Virus record (IMG/VR): IMGVR_UViG_2049941000_000011
DNA from: an uncultured virus (IMG/VR IMGVR_UViG_2049941000_000011)
Lineage: Duplodnaviria; Heunggongvirae; Uroviricota; Caudoviricetes
Length of the DNA: 64,000 bases
Direction: 5' to 3' (one strand)
Shown here: positions 31,271-40,989 of the stretch, in pieces
Numbering within the stretch: the stretch's first letter is position 1
Layout of the letters: each line of letters opens with the position of its first letter
The notes under the pieces: model-generated
The model's input: the letters and a program-made list of their open reading frames with translations, nothing else
Told to the model about the DNA's origin: nothing
The model's database searches: none
Position numbers and translations under genes: made by a program

Positions 31271-32161
31271 ATGAATATTGTTCAATACACAAACGGTAAT
31301 TACAAAGTCTTTTTAGATTTAGATTCAGGAACTAAAATCAGAAAGAATAATTTAGATAATTTAACTCCTGAATATCCAGAATCAATGGATATTAAAATTA
31401 CAAACAGATGTAAACAAGGATGTGAATTCTGTCATGAGAATTCTGTTCCAGATGGTGAAGATGGTGATATCATGAATGCAAAGTTCATCGATACATTACA
31501 TCCATATACAGAATTAGCAATCGGCGGAGGTGATCCACTTGAACATCCAGACTTGCTTAAATTCTTAGAGAAATGTCAAAAGCTCAAATTAGTCCCAAGT
31601 ATGACTATTCATCAATTTGCTTTTGAACGTCATTTCTTATTTGTTAAAGAACTTATTAATAAAAAGTTAATTTATGGATTAGGCGTATCACTTGTCCTTC
31701 CATCAAAACAATTTATTGATAAGATTTCTCAATTCCCGAACGCTGTTATTCATGTAATTAATGGTGTTCATTCAGTTGATATTCTTAAGAAACTTTATGA
31801 CAAAGGTCTTAAGTTATTAATTCTTGGATATAAGACATTTAGAAGAGGTGAAGCATATTCTCAAAAGCATGTTATTAAGAAAGACCAAGATAAGTTGTTT
31901 AAAGAATTACCAAAGTTAGTTAAACACTTTAATGTTGTTAGCTTTGATAATTTGGCTCTTGAACAGTTAGATCCTAGACGTTTATTATCTAAAAAAGAAT
32001 GGGATTCATTCTATATGGGTGATGATGGTGGATATACAATGTATGTTGATATGGTTAAGCAACAATTCGCCACGAATTCAACAACACCTGTGGAAAAAAG
32101 ACATCAAATGCTTGATGATATTAAATCAATGTTTGATGTTGTAAGACAGGAGTCAAGATAA
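31271..32161 (+). CDS. radical SAM enzyme
   Basis: CKQGCEFC (CxxxCxxC), GGGDPL motif. Confidence 0.9.
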   Translation: MNIVQYTNGNYKVFLDLDSGTKIRKNNLDNLTPEYPESMDIKITNRCKQGCEFCHENSVPDGEDGDIMNAKFIDTLHPYTELAIGGGDPLEHPDLLKFLEKCQKLKLVPSMTIHQFAFERHFLFVKELINKKLIYGLGVSLVLPSKQFIDKISQFPNAVIHVINGVHSVDILKKLYDKGLKLLILGYKTFRRGEAYSQKHVIKKDQDKLFKELPKLVKHFNVVSFDNLALEQLDPRRLLSKKEWDSFYMGDDGGYTMYVDMVKQQFATNSTTPVEKRHQMLDDIKSMFDVVRQESR

Positions 32162-32165
32162 CTAT

Positions 32166-32426
32166 ATGAAAGTATATGCACTTATTAAAAAGGATACTGA
32201 TTTAATATATTGTATATATAACGGCCCTTATCCTAAAGTTATACTCTTTCCTATAGATGCAATACCATCAGTAGATAATTTACAAATATATAATTCTGAA
32301 AAAGTTGCTAGAGGAATTCTAACAAAAATCAGGAATGTATATACAAAAAGAAAAGATATTAAAAAGCTTGATTTACTCAAAGATGCAGTAGCTCGAGAAG
32401 TCGAAGTTGATATCAAAGTATTGTAA
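32166..32426 (+). CDS. hypothetical protein
   Basis: 86 aa ORF in operon. Confidence 0.55.
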   Translation: MKVYALIKKDTDLIYCIYNGPYPKVILFPIDAIPSVDNLQIYNSEKVARGILTKIRNVYTKRKDIKKLDLLKDAVAREVEVDIKVL

Positions 32427-32450
32427 GAAAACGAAAGGAAATAAAATATT

Positions 32451-32636
32451 ATGAAATATTACGTAATTTACGTCAGTAAAGATGTCGGCTGGTATCAAAC
32501 AGAAAGATATATTCTTTGTGTTGTCGAGAATGAAGAGATTGCGAAGGATATCACTACCAAGAATACACATCTCTCTTACAAAGAAGTAACAGTCGGTGCG
32601 CCGGACCGTCTCGTTGAAGAATTGAAAGTATCTTAA
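32451..32636 (+). CDS. hypothetical protein
   Basis: 61 aa ORF with RBS. Confidence 0.55.
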   Translation: MKYYVIYVSKDVGWYQTERYILCVVENEEIAKDITTKNTHLSYKEVTVGAPDRLVEELKVS

Positions 32637-32647
32637 GGAGCTATAAT

Positions 32648-33130
32648 ATGGAAAAGCAAAAACCTAAAAAGATTTATTTAGCATGCTCTTTCGCTTTCCA
32701 AGATGTGAAGCTTAGAGAAAAGCGTCAACACATTATTGAGAAGTATGCAAGACATCTTCGCTCAAGAGGGTTCAACGTATTTGTCCCTCACGAGCACAAG
32801 ATAGACCCTGATAATGAAATGCCTAATTATTTGTGGTCTAAAACAGTTCAACAAATGGATGTTAAAAACCTTTGTAATTCTGATTATGTCGTTCTCTTAA
32901 CGTTCGGCAAAACAGGAAATAACGGTGGTGTTTGTTGGGAAGCTGGATATGCTTACGGAATTGGTAAGCCACTTGTCATTGTAAAAGAAAACAAAAAAGT
33001 TGAAAGCTTTATGATGATGTTCAGTTGTTATGCAATTGTAGACGGTTATCAAGGGCTTCGTAAATATGATTTTACAGGACAAACAGAAGCAGAAAAAGAA
33101 GCTTTCTTACAAAATGTTAAAATGTCATAG
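32648..33130 (+). CDS. nucleoside 2-deoxyribosyltransferase family protein
   Basis: IYLACSF, VFVPHE, D..NL..SD, GVCWEAGYAYGIGKP. Confidence 0.85.
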   Translation: MEKQKPKKIYLACSFAFQDVKLREKRQHIIEKYARHLRSRGFNVFVPHEHKIDPDNEMPNYLWSKTVQQMDVKNLCNSDYVVLLTFGKTGNNGGVCWEAGYAYGIGKPLVIVKENKKVESFMMMFSCYAIVDGYQGLRKYDFTGQTEAEKEAFLQNVKMS

Positions 33131-33141
33131 GAGGAAGATAT

Positions 33142-33660
33142 ATGGCAGTCACAGAAAAAGAATTACGCGATGAAGTCGAGAGACTCGCGAAAACTCCAGA
33201 GGTTATTTCCTACCAGAAAGCAAAAGAAGACCTTTATGATTTTTTAGAAAACAAAAAAGAAAACAATATAAACACTTTTCTTGAAGAACTTCTGCCCGTT
33301 GTTCTTAAAACGATTCAATCAATAAAGTTGCCAAATCCAACTAAACATGAACTTTGGTTATCTTCTTATCAAGATTATGATGATGATTTCATAGTCGATA
33401 CAACCGATTTAATCACATTCTTTGATAAATACGCTGCGAAAACTGGTAATAATCGTTTTAGCGAAATTGGTCACAATTGTGTTATTAAAATCTACAAAGG
33501 CTTTACTAAAAATGCCATTGAGCTTTGCGAACAGTGGGACGATGGTCATTATACTTATGATATTGCATCTTGGGCATATGTTGGTGATATTAACACAATC
33601 ACTGTTAAAGATGTCGATGAGCCAGAACTCACAGACTCAGAAGTTAGAAATGCATTATAG
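33142..33660 (+). CDS. hypothetical protein
   Basis: 172 aa with RBS. Confidence 0.65.
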   Translation: MAVTEKELRDEVERLAKTPEVISYQKAKEDLYDFLENKKENNINTFLEELLPVVLKTIQSIKLPNPTKHELWLSSYQDYDDDFIVDTTDLITFFDKYAAKTGNNRFSEIGHNCVIKIYKGFTKNAIELCEQWDDGHYTYDIASWAYVGDINTITVKDVDEPELTDSEVRNAL

Positions 33661-33671
33661 GAGGAACCCTT

Positions 33672-33872
33672 ATGATAAAGAAATTGGGCGACTTTACTGT
33701 AAAAGAATTACTAGAGTTTTGTAACAAACGAAAAACTTGCTGGGATTGCCCGTTTAATTCATATTGTCACAGACACGGAGTAATGACTCGCATAAGTAAA
33801 GCGGATTTAATACTCAAAGCAGATGTAGAGGAGGTCGAATATGGAAAAAGACAAAATTCAAGAAGACGTTGA
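33672..33872 (+). CDS. small Cys-rich hypothetical protein
   Basis: C..CWDCPF..YC. Confidence 0.55.
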   Translation: MIKKLGDFTVKELLEFCNKRKTCWDCPFNSYCHRHGVMTRISKADLILKADVEEVEYGKRQNSRRR

Positions 33873-34890
33873 AGAAATCGTAGAAGAAGAAAAAGAAAAC
33901 GAACCAAGTGAAGCAGACTTAGAGCTTCTAGAAGATGTTGAAGACGTTGAAGAAATCAACAAAGACATTGATGATTTACTCAGAGATGCGAGCTTAGATT
34001 CTAAAGCTAGTATAGATAATAGTCTTCATTTGTATATTGAATCCATTGGTCGTTATAACTTATTAACTAAAGAAGAAGAATATGCACTAGCAAAAAGATA
34101 TCGTGAACAAAACGATGAAGATGCTAGACAAAAACTAATTCTTTATAACACTAGACTGGTTATTCATATGGCTAAAAAATTAGCTGGAAATCAACCAACA
34201 TCCACTTTTAATATTCAAGATTTAATTCAAGAAGGTAATATTGGGTTGATGGTTGCTGTTAGTAAGTTTGATCCAGATAAAGGATTTAAGTTTTCAACAT
34301 ATGCAACTTGGTGGATAATGCAATCTATGACAAGATTCATGGTTGACCAATCAAAAACGATTAGACTACCTAGTCATGTTGTTGAATTTGCACAAAAACT
34401 CAAACGCATACGTGCAGAACTTGTTACAGAATTACATAGAGATCCAACACTCAATGAATTATATGACGCACTCGATCATAAATATCCAATTGAAAAGATC
34501 GGTCAAACATTGGTGTGGATTGGCTCTAAAATGATTTCATTAGATGCACCTGTTGGTGTTGATAGCGATGGAGATAAATCACCATTCATTGATTTCTTTC
34601 CAGACAACTCAACAGTCGTTGATGAAATCAACCGAGAAGATATGAAGAATGTCATTAATAACATCTTAAAGGATTTAAAACCAATCGAAAGAGAAGTTAT
34701 TAATATTCATTATGGATTAAATGGTGAAGAAAGACCTCATATCTTAGAAGAAATAGCTGATATCGTTTATGAAAGAGGCTTGACAAAAACAAGAATTACC
34801 AGAGAAAGGGTAAGACAGATTGAAGCCTGCGGTCTCGGCAAAATTAAAAAGAACCCAGCAAAAATACGTGCATTACAAGAAATTATGTAG
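33841..34890 (+). CDS. RpoD/SigA-like sigma70 factor
   Basis: region 1.2 LLTKEEEYALA, region 2 DLIQEGNIGL...FDPDKGFKFSTYATWWI, region 4 TRERVRQIE. Confidence 0.93.
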   Translation: MEKDKIQEDVEEIVEEEKENEPSEADLELLEDVEDVEEINKDIDDLLRDASLDSKASIDNSLHLYIESIGRYNLLTKEEEYALAKRYREQNDEDARQKLILYNTRLVIHMAKKLAGNQPTSTFNIQDLIQEGNIGLMVAVSKFDPDKGFKFSTYATWWIMQSMTRFMVDQSKTIRLPSHVVEFAQKLKRIRAELVTELHRDPTLNELYDALDHKYPIEKIGQTLVWIGSKMISLDAPVGVDSDGDKSPFIDFFPDNSTVVDEINREDMKNVINNILKDLKPIEREVINIHYGLNGEERPHILEEIADIVYERGLTKTRITRERVRQIEACGLGKIKKNPAKIRALQEIM

Positions 34891-34902
34891 GAGGAAAAAA
34901 AT

Positions 34903-35430
34903 ATGGGAAGAATTATTTTATTAATCGCAGCTGCAGTTATGTGTTTTATTCTAGCAGCCGCAGCATTAACAGCTTTAATAATGTTTATCGTTGATTGTAT
35001 CAAACATAAAAAAGACGCTGATACTGTTGGTGGTTTTATAGGATCATCAATTTGTTTTATAGCGTGTCTCTGCACTGGATTGTTTGCAATCTATGGCGCC
35101 AATAAATGTAAAGCTGAATATCATGCTAGTTATCATACATTGGTTTGTGAAATTAAAACTTTAGATAGAGGCACAAATACAGAAGGACATTTTACTCTTG
35201 GTTGCGGAACTATTAATTCGTATCCTGCCTATTATTATTATCAAGAAGTTAAGCCTAATGTATATCAAATTCAATCCATTAGCACAAAAGAACATAAAAT
35301 TTATATTGTAGAAACTGCAGATTACAATCCCTCAATTTATAAAGTAAAGGATGCAGAAGTTGATGCAGATAATTATTATTACAACATTTATGTTCCTTTC
35401 AATACAGTAATATCTCAATACAACGCATAG
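34903..35430 (+). CDS. membrane protein
   Basis: two TM helices, EGHFTLGCGTI motif. Confidence 0.65.
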   Translation: MGRIILLIAAAVMCFILAAAALTALIMFIVDCIKHKKDADTVGGFIGSSICFIACLCTGLFAIYGANKCKAEYHASYHTLVCEIKTLDRGTNTEGHFTLGCGTINSYPAYYYYQEVKPNVYQIQSISTKEHKIYIVETADYNPSIYKVKDAEVDADNYYYNIYVPFNTVISQYNA

Positions 35431-35440
35431 GAGAAATGAT

Positions 35441-35635
35441 ATGAAGAAACAACAAATATTACACGTCCGTTCAGACACTTTTTGTTTTAATGATTTTCTG
35501 AATCAGATTTTTTGTAAAGAAAGTGTTTTAGAAAAACGCATAGCAGAGGGATGGATTATCGCCTTCGTAGTACCAGTTTTATCAAATGGCTCAACACTTG
35601 GATACACTTATATCCTAGAAAAGGAGGAAGAGTAA
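35441..35635 (+). CDS. hypothetical protein
   Basis: 64 aa, EGWII...YILEK. Confidence 0.6.
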   Translation: MKKQQILHVRSDTFCFNDFLNQIFCKESVLEKRIAEGWIIAFVVPVLSNGSTLGYTYILEKEEE

Positions 35636-35636
35636 T

Positions 35637-36224
35637 ATGTTACATTTTAACGATCTTCTAGCTGCGGGTTATAGCTTACAAAGTCATAGAGAATCTACTT
35701 CTGAACGCAGACCAATTCTACCGAGTGAGCCAATTTATGCAGAACTTTTGCAGTTAGCTAAAGACACCAATGCTACATGTGATAAAGGAGCATGGCAGAA
35801 GATAGGCGAAGCTATCACACAAAAATATGGCAAAGCGTATCATTTATTTACTTATAGTCAGCAGGGCACTGAAGACCAAAAAGATTGTGAAAAAGAAATT
35901 ACAGGTATTTCAGTGTATTATGATGATCCGAAAGCCTCTGGCTCTTTTATTACTAAAGGTAAAAACAGACTTTATGTTGTTTATGCAAATGATTCAGGTT
36001 TTATTTATAGAATCAAAGATTACTCTCCAGGATTCAGTCACAATTTTCCGCCAGAATATGAAGGCGAGAAATGGGATATTGCGTCTTTGTTTGAAGCTAT
36101 GAAAAAAGAGCGTCAAAAGAGACATAAAGAAATAATGGCACATTATAATCAATTGTTGAAACAAACTAAAAAAGATTATAAGGAAGACCTTGATGTAATT
36201 CATGATATGTTATACAACGTATAA
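35637..36224 (+). CDS. hypothetical protein
   Basis: 195 aa with RBS. Confidence 0.65.
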   Translation: MLHFNDLLAAGYSLQSHRESTSERRPILPSEPIYAELLQLAKDTNATCDKGAWQKIGEAITQKYGKAYHLFTYSQQGTEDQKDCEKEITGISVYYDDPKASGSFITKGKNRLYVVYANDSGFIYRIKDYSPGFSHNFPPEYEGEKWDIASLFEAMKKERQKRHKEIMAHYNQLLKQTKKDYKEDLDVIHDMLYNV

Positions 36225-36237
36225 GGAGGTAAACGAT

Positions 36238-37023
36238 ATGATTCAAATAAGAAATAACGTTTTCGAAACGAATAGTTCAAGCTCTCATTGCTTAGTATAT
36301 AAGATACATCCAGGTCGTGAAAAAGACGTAGACGTCGCCATGGATGAACGAGATGAATGGAATGATATACACCAAAATTGGGCCCCTATTCAATTAGATG
36401 ATAACTATGGTGATGATGTTGTCAAGGGTGTATTTAATATTTGGTTTGGTCAATATGGATGGGTTGGCAAGCCTGTTAAAACAAGCAGAGCTAAACTTGC
36501 ATACCTTATGACGCAAATCGTGGGCGGATCTGATTTATGTTTTTATCCGAATAGTCATTCTGAAGAGCCAATTGAAATTAAAACTCAAAAGGATTGGAAT
36601 ATGGTTATTAAAAAATATGTAGAAACTAATCCGAGTGTTCAAAAAGTATTGGCGATTGTTAAAAAGATTTGTCCAAAAATTAAAAAATTTAGATTCAGTT
36701 GGATGAATTGGGATGAAGGATGGTCTATGATTTGGAATCAATATCGCAATTTTTATATCGAGTCAGAATTCAAATCACCCCTAGGCACTCCTATGGATAT
36801 GAAATATACACCAGGAATGTTGTCTTTAGATGATAAATTCTTCACAGAGATATTTGTAGAAGGTAATAATATAAAACTTCCGAATCAAGGATATTATCTT
36901 AGAACAGGACTTGGAGATGTTGATCATAACTCACAAGGTTTCTGGTCTTATGATCCAGATTTTATCGAAAGATATCTTACAGACATAAACATAATGGTTA
37001 CTATCACTAACGACAATGAATAA
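36238..37023 (+). CDS. FETNSSS-motif protein 2
   Basis: RBS aaggagg; MIQIRNNVFETNSSSSHCL; C-terminal DVDH and ITNDN. Confidence 0.75.
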   Translation: MIQIRNNVFETNSSSSHCLVYKIHPGREKDVDVAMDERDEWNDIHQNWAPIQLDDNYGDDVVKGVFNIWFGQYGWVGKPVKTSRAKLAYLMTQIVGGSDLCFYPNSHSEEPIEIKTQKDWNMVIKKYVETNPSVQKVLAIVKKICPKIKKFRFSWMNWDEGWSMIWNQYRNFYIESEFKSPLGTPMDMKYTPGMLSLDDKFFTEIFVEGNNIKLPNQGYYLRTGLGDVDHNSQGFWSYDPDFIERYLTDINIMVTITNDNE

Positions 37024-37046
37024 CATATATAGGAGGAAAGTAACAT

Positions 37047-37469
37047 ATGATACAAATTCGAAGAAATGTATTTGAGACCAATAGTTCAAGTACGCACAGT
37101 GTTTCTATTGTTTCAACTGTTGAAGATGAAGTTAAAGAATACTTAGGTATGGCACCATACGAATATAGTAATAACCACTATAGAGAAGGATTCTATAATC
37201 AAATGGTTGAAAAATTTGGTGCAAAAGCGGTAGAAGAAGAAATTCATAAATACATTCAAACACCGCACAAACGTCAAGAAATCCTTGATAGTATCAAAAA
37301 CTATACATCAGTTTCTGCTCATAATAGTATGGGTTGTAGCGAAGATTGGTATAGCGTTTTCTACGCAATGAAACAAGTCTTTACAGAAGAACAACTTAAT
37401 GCAATGAGCAACAAAGAATTAAATCTCTTAGTTAGATTAGGCGACGCAATCGCAGAAGGGTTATATTAA
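37047..37469 (+). CDS. FETNSSS-motif protein 3
   Basis: MIQIRRNVFETNSSSTHSV. Confidence 0.75.
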   Translation: MIQIRRNVFETNSSSTHSVSIVSTVEDEVKEYLGMAPYEYSNNHYREGFYNQMVEKFGAKAVEEEIHKYIQTPHKRQEILDSIKNYTSVSAHNSMGCSEDWYSVFYAMKQVFTEEQLNAMSNKELNLLVRLGDAIAEGLY

Positions 37470-37470
37470 T

Positions 37471-38085
37471 ATGCAAATTAAAGGACTTTCCCAAGAAGAA
37501 TATGAGGTAGTTATAAAAGCTATTCATGATTTTCATGAAGCAGAAGCATCAAAAAGCGAACCTATCAAATATTTCAAATTGATGTTATATACATCTAATG
37601 TCTGGTTTGACATGGCTCCATATCCAGATTTTAAATCTTTTCTAAAAACAGCACAAGTTGTAATGGCCCCACCAGTACCTAACTTAAAATGGCTATTATT
37701 CCACACTGGAGATAGTTGCCGCTGTAAAATAGAAGCCAAAGATGAAAAAGGTGATTCAGTGTGGATTGATAGAAACGAATCTTGGATCTTTGACCCTTCT
37801 GAAGACGAAGGAGGCCGCGCAGGCAGTAGAATGACAGAAATTTATATTTCCGAAGCAGACTTTACAGACAAAAATTTATTGTATATCTGGAAAACTATTG
37901 TTCAAAGATGTAAAAAAATCATGAAATCTATCTATGAACAAACATATGAAGGTTCTAAACGTCAAATGAAAGAAAGTAAACAACGCTATGTAGCTGTGCG
38001 TAAAGTTAAAGAAACCGCAAACGTTCGTTGTAAAGATTTCTTAGCAGAGCTGACATCTAGCAAAAAGGCCACAAAGGAGGAATAA
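37471..38085 (+). CDS. hypothetical protein
   Basis: 204 aa. Confidence 0.65.
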   Translation: MQIKGLSQEEYEVVIKAIHDFHEAEASKSEPIKYFKLMLYTSNVWFDMAPYPDFKSFLKTAQVVMAPPVPNLKWLLFHTGDSCRCKIEAKDEKGDSVWIDRNESWIFDPSEDEGGRAGSRMTEIYISEADFTDKNLLYIWKTIVQRCKKIMKSIYEQTYEGSKRQMKESKQRYVAVRKVKETANVRCKDFLAELTSSKKATKEE

Positions 38086-38090
38086 CATAT

Positions 38091-38756
38091 ATGGCAATTA
38101 TTTTAGACACAAATTGGTATTTACACACCAAGCATCCGTTCGTCGTGTTTCAAGACGCAATCGCGGTTGCTCCTGAATTCGGAACAGGAGTTTCAACTCA
38201 AAAGAATTTCATTTCTTGGGCGAATAACTTTAATCGTTTATTCGGTGAAACAGGAAAAGTCCTTTATAAGACTCACAAAAAGACAGGAATTAAAATTCTC
38301 TTTGTAAATGAACCATTATCCGTGTTTGCAAAAGCGTCTTTAGGAGTAATCAGGGCTTTAGGTGATTTTCAAGGTTTAGTAGATGGTTCTATTACTAGTA
38401 AACGTAATTTTACTAAAGACGACCTTGCAGAATTTAAACGAATCGGTGCTTATAAACCTTCTAAAGACGAAGACGACGACGATTCAACAGATACATCTGA
38501 AGACGACGATGAAGATCTCGACGAAGATGAGGATGAAGATGAGGACGAGGACGAAGATACCGAAGAAGATGAAGAAGAAACCACTGAAGAAGACGATGAT
38601 GAAGAAGAAACATCTACTATACTCTCTTCCAAAGTAGGTCGTGCAATGATTGATTCATGCAAGGCAAAGATTCCATCTTCAAGTTCAGTAGATGACACTA
38701 TTGAAAAAACCGTTGAAATCGTCATCGATACTTTATGTTCTATGTTTAAAAAGTAG
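38091..38756 (+). CDS. hypothetical protein with long Asp/Glu tract
   Basis: about 50-residue D/E/T tract. Confidence 0.65.
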   Translation: MAIILDTNWYLHTKHPFVVFQDAIAVAPEFGTGVSTQKNFISWANNFNRLFGETGKVLYKTHKKTGIKILFVNEPLSVFAKASLGVIRALGDFQGLVDGSITSKRNFTKDDLAEFKRIGAYKPSKDEDDDDSTDTSEDDDEDLDEDEDEDEDEDEDTEEDEEETTEEDDDEEETSTILSSKVGRAMIDSCKAKIPSSSSVDDTIEKTVEIVIDTLCSMFKK

Positions 38757-38766
38757 AGGATAAAAT

Positions 38767-38988
38767 ATGTATAAACTCACAAAAAAAGATGCAGGAAAAT
38801 TAATTTTTCACACAAAAGGCATGATTCCAATTCCATGTTATCAAGAAGGCACGCCAAGCGATGTAACCGATAGAGAGTTATACCATTTTATCGAACGCTT
38901 TAATAAAAAGTATTCTAAAGACGCAGAAGTACGTACTGAAGGCGGTCTTGAATATATCTTTATTAATAGAGACGCAAGCGATTTATAG
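38767..38988 (+). CDS. hypothetical protein
   Basis: 73 aa. Confidence 0.55.
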   Translation: MYKLTKKDAGKLIFHTKGMIPIPCYQEGTPSDVTDRELYHFIERFNKKYSKDAEVRTEGGLEYIFINRDASDL

Positions 38989-39004
38989 GAAGAGAGGTGA
39001 TACA

Positions 39005-39466
39005 ATGAATCGAGTGCAAGTAGCAAGAGCTCTTAGAGATATTAAAAAAGGAGCATATTTTAATATCGAATATCAAAAAGTTATCAAAAAGGTAGCAGGA
39101 TGCGAAATCGTCCGAACCACTAAGATAGTTGCAAGATATGGTATTTCTTATACTCATATGAAATGTGTAGGAAAATCAGAAGGAACAACAAAACTTCCAG
39201 AGTGGCTCGAATGGGACGATAAAAAATCGTATCTTCTACATTACATTGGCAAAGACAAATCTAAAAAAGATAATCTTTATCTAAGAGTTAGTCTTTCCAA
39301 GAGTCCTAAACATATTCCTAAGAGCGAATATACCGTTGATGGAAAAATCCTAGATGACTCTGTCCATCCTGGATTACTCAAAAAATTAAGCGAGATGGAC
39401 GATAGAAGCCATCCAGACAGTGTTATGCATATCAATATTGACAATATTACAAAAATTGGTAAATAA
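39005..39466 (+). CDS. hypothetical phage protein
   Basis: RBS gaggtg; MNRVQV...LPEWLEW...LYLRV. Confidence 0.65.
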   Translation: MNRVQVARALRDIKKGAYFNIEYQKVIKKVAGCEIVRTTKIVARYGISYTHMKCVGKSEGTTKLPEWLEWDDKKSYLLHYIGKDKSKKDNLYLRVSLSKSPKHIPKSEYTVDGKILDDSVHPGLLKKLSEMDDRSHPDSVMHINIDNITKIGK

Positions 39467-39483
39467 TAAGGAGGAAAAATAAT

Positions 39484-40968
39484 ATGTCAACAACAAATTT
39501 TAACTTAGCAAAAGCTCAAAAATCAGGAGCAATCAATCTTTTTCAACTCGGAGCAGATAAAGAATATCTTTTAGTTATCGTAGGTAAAACTAAAAATTAT
39601 CTTATTCCAATGCTTCCAACAGAAGACGGTCCTACAGCTTTCGTCTCTAACTCATACAGCATGAGCGAATTCCGTCAACTTCAAGATATTATCAATGCTG
39701 TTAACGACAATCATGTATTTGCTGGTGTTGATAAATATATGCCATTAAGAGATGATGCTCCTGCACATTCAAAAACAATCATTAAGAGTGTTAAGCCAGC
39801 ATCTGGTATTCAAGGTAAAAAAGCTCCACAAGTTGCAAAAGACGGTGGATATGCTATTCCAGATAGTGGTTTCGATCTCACTATTAAGAAAAGAGACTGG
39901 AGTGAATTAAAGAAACAAAGCGAAGAAGCTCGAGTCCGTTATGAAGATAATCACGCTGAACTCGCTGCATGTGGAGCATCTTACTTGGGATTAAGTAATG
40001 AAGTTAAAATGGCTCACGAAGGTGTCGCAGCAGGCAGAACTTTAGGTATCATCTTTACAGGTCCAACAGGAACAGGTAAATCATGGGCTGCAAAAATTTT
40101 AGCAGATCACGATGGTTCTCCTCTCTTAAACAAAGAAATCACTTATGGTACCAGCGTTGAAGACTTAGTAGGTCAATTCGTTCCTGCTACATCTGGCGAC
40201 AAAAAATGGGAATTCGTTATTGGTCCACTTCTCAGAGCATACACAGAAGGATGGTCAATCGTTCTCGAAGAAATCAACTATGGCCAACCAGGTATTAACG
40301 CAACACTTAATGAATTCTTAGATGGAACAGACCGTGTTATCGTTCATGGTAAGTCATATAAAAAGCATCCTAACTTTGTCTGTTATATGACAATGAACCC
40401 AGGATATGAAGGTACAGAACCACTTAACATGGCTTTGAAAAACAGATTCTCAATTGTTGATGTTCCTGCATTAACTAAAGCAGAATTTGCAAAAAGAGCT
40501 GGAGCATACAGTGAAAAACTTGGTCATAGATTAAGTCCAAAATTATTTGAACTTGTATATGACTTTGCAAATATAATTGAGGGTATGGGTAACGGTACAG
40601 AATATCATGAAAACATTAAGTTCTCAATTAGAAATGCTCAAAGACTTTGTGATATTATTTTAGCAAAGAGCTGTACAAAAGATGAATTCCACGATGCGTT
40701 ATGCACTCAATATCTTAATGCATTATCCTGTGACAATGATAACTCTAAGAAATTAGCAGAACTCAAAAAGCAAGCTAATATCATTGCTCATATGGACAAA
40801 ATATATGAGGAATATGACTTCGCTGAAGCAAAAGAAACTGAAGACTACAGTGACCTCGGTGAATTATTCGCGGAAGAAAGCGAAGGAACTTCAACAAGTG
40901 GAGCATCTTCAACATCTAAACGTGATAAAGTAGTTGATGAAATCTTCAATACTGGAGATTTTGAATAA
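39484..40968 (+). CDS. MoxR/CbbQ/NirQ-type AAA+ ATPase
   Basis: GPTGTGKS, VLEEIN, HPNF..TMNPGYEGT..LN.AL.NRF. Confidence 0.9.
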   Translation: MSTTNFNLAKAQKSGAINLFQLGADKEYLLVIVGKTKNYLIPMLPTEDGPTAFVSNSYSMSEFRQLQDIINAVNDNHVFAGVDKYMPLRDDAPAHSKTIIKSVKPASGIQGKKAPQVAKDGGYAIPDSGFDLTIKKRDWSELKKQSEEARVRYEDNHAELAACGASYLGLSNEVKMAHEGVAAGRTLGIIFTGPTGTGKSWAAKILADHDGSPLLNKEITYGTSVEDLVGQFVPATSGDKKWEFVIGPLLRAYTEGWSIVLEEINYGQPGINATLNEFLDGTDRVIVHGKSYKKHPNFVCYMTMNPGYEGTEPLNMALKNRFSIVDVPALTKAEFAKRAGAYSEKLGHRLSPKLFELVYDFANIIEGMGNGTEYHENIKFSIRNAQRLCDIILAKSCTKDEFHDALCTQYLNALSCDNDNSKKLAELKKQANIIAHMDKIYEEYDFAEAKETEDYSDLGELFAEESEGTSTSGASSTSKRDKVVDEIFNTGDFE

Positions 40969-40989
40969 GACCATAAAGGAGGAAAAAAT

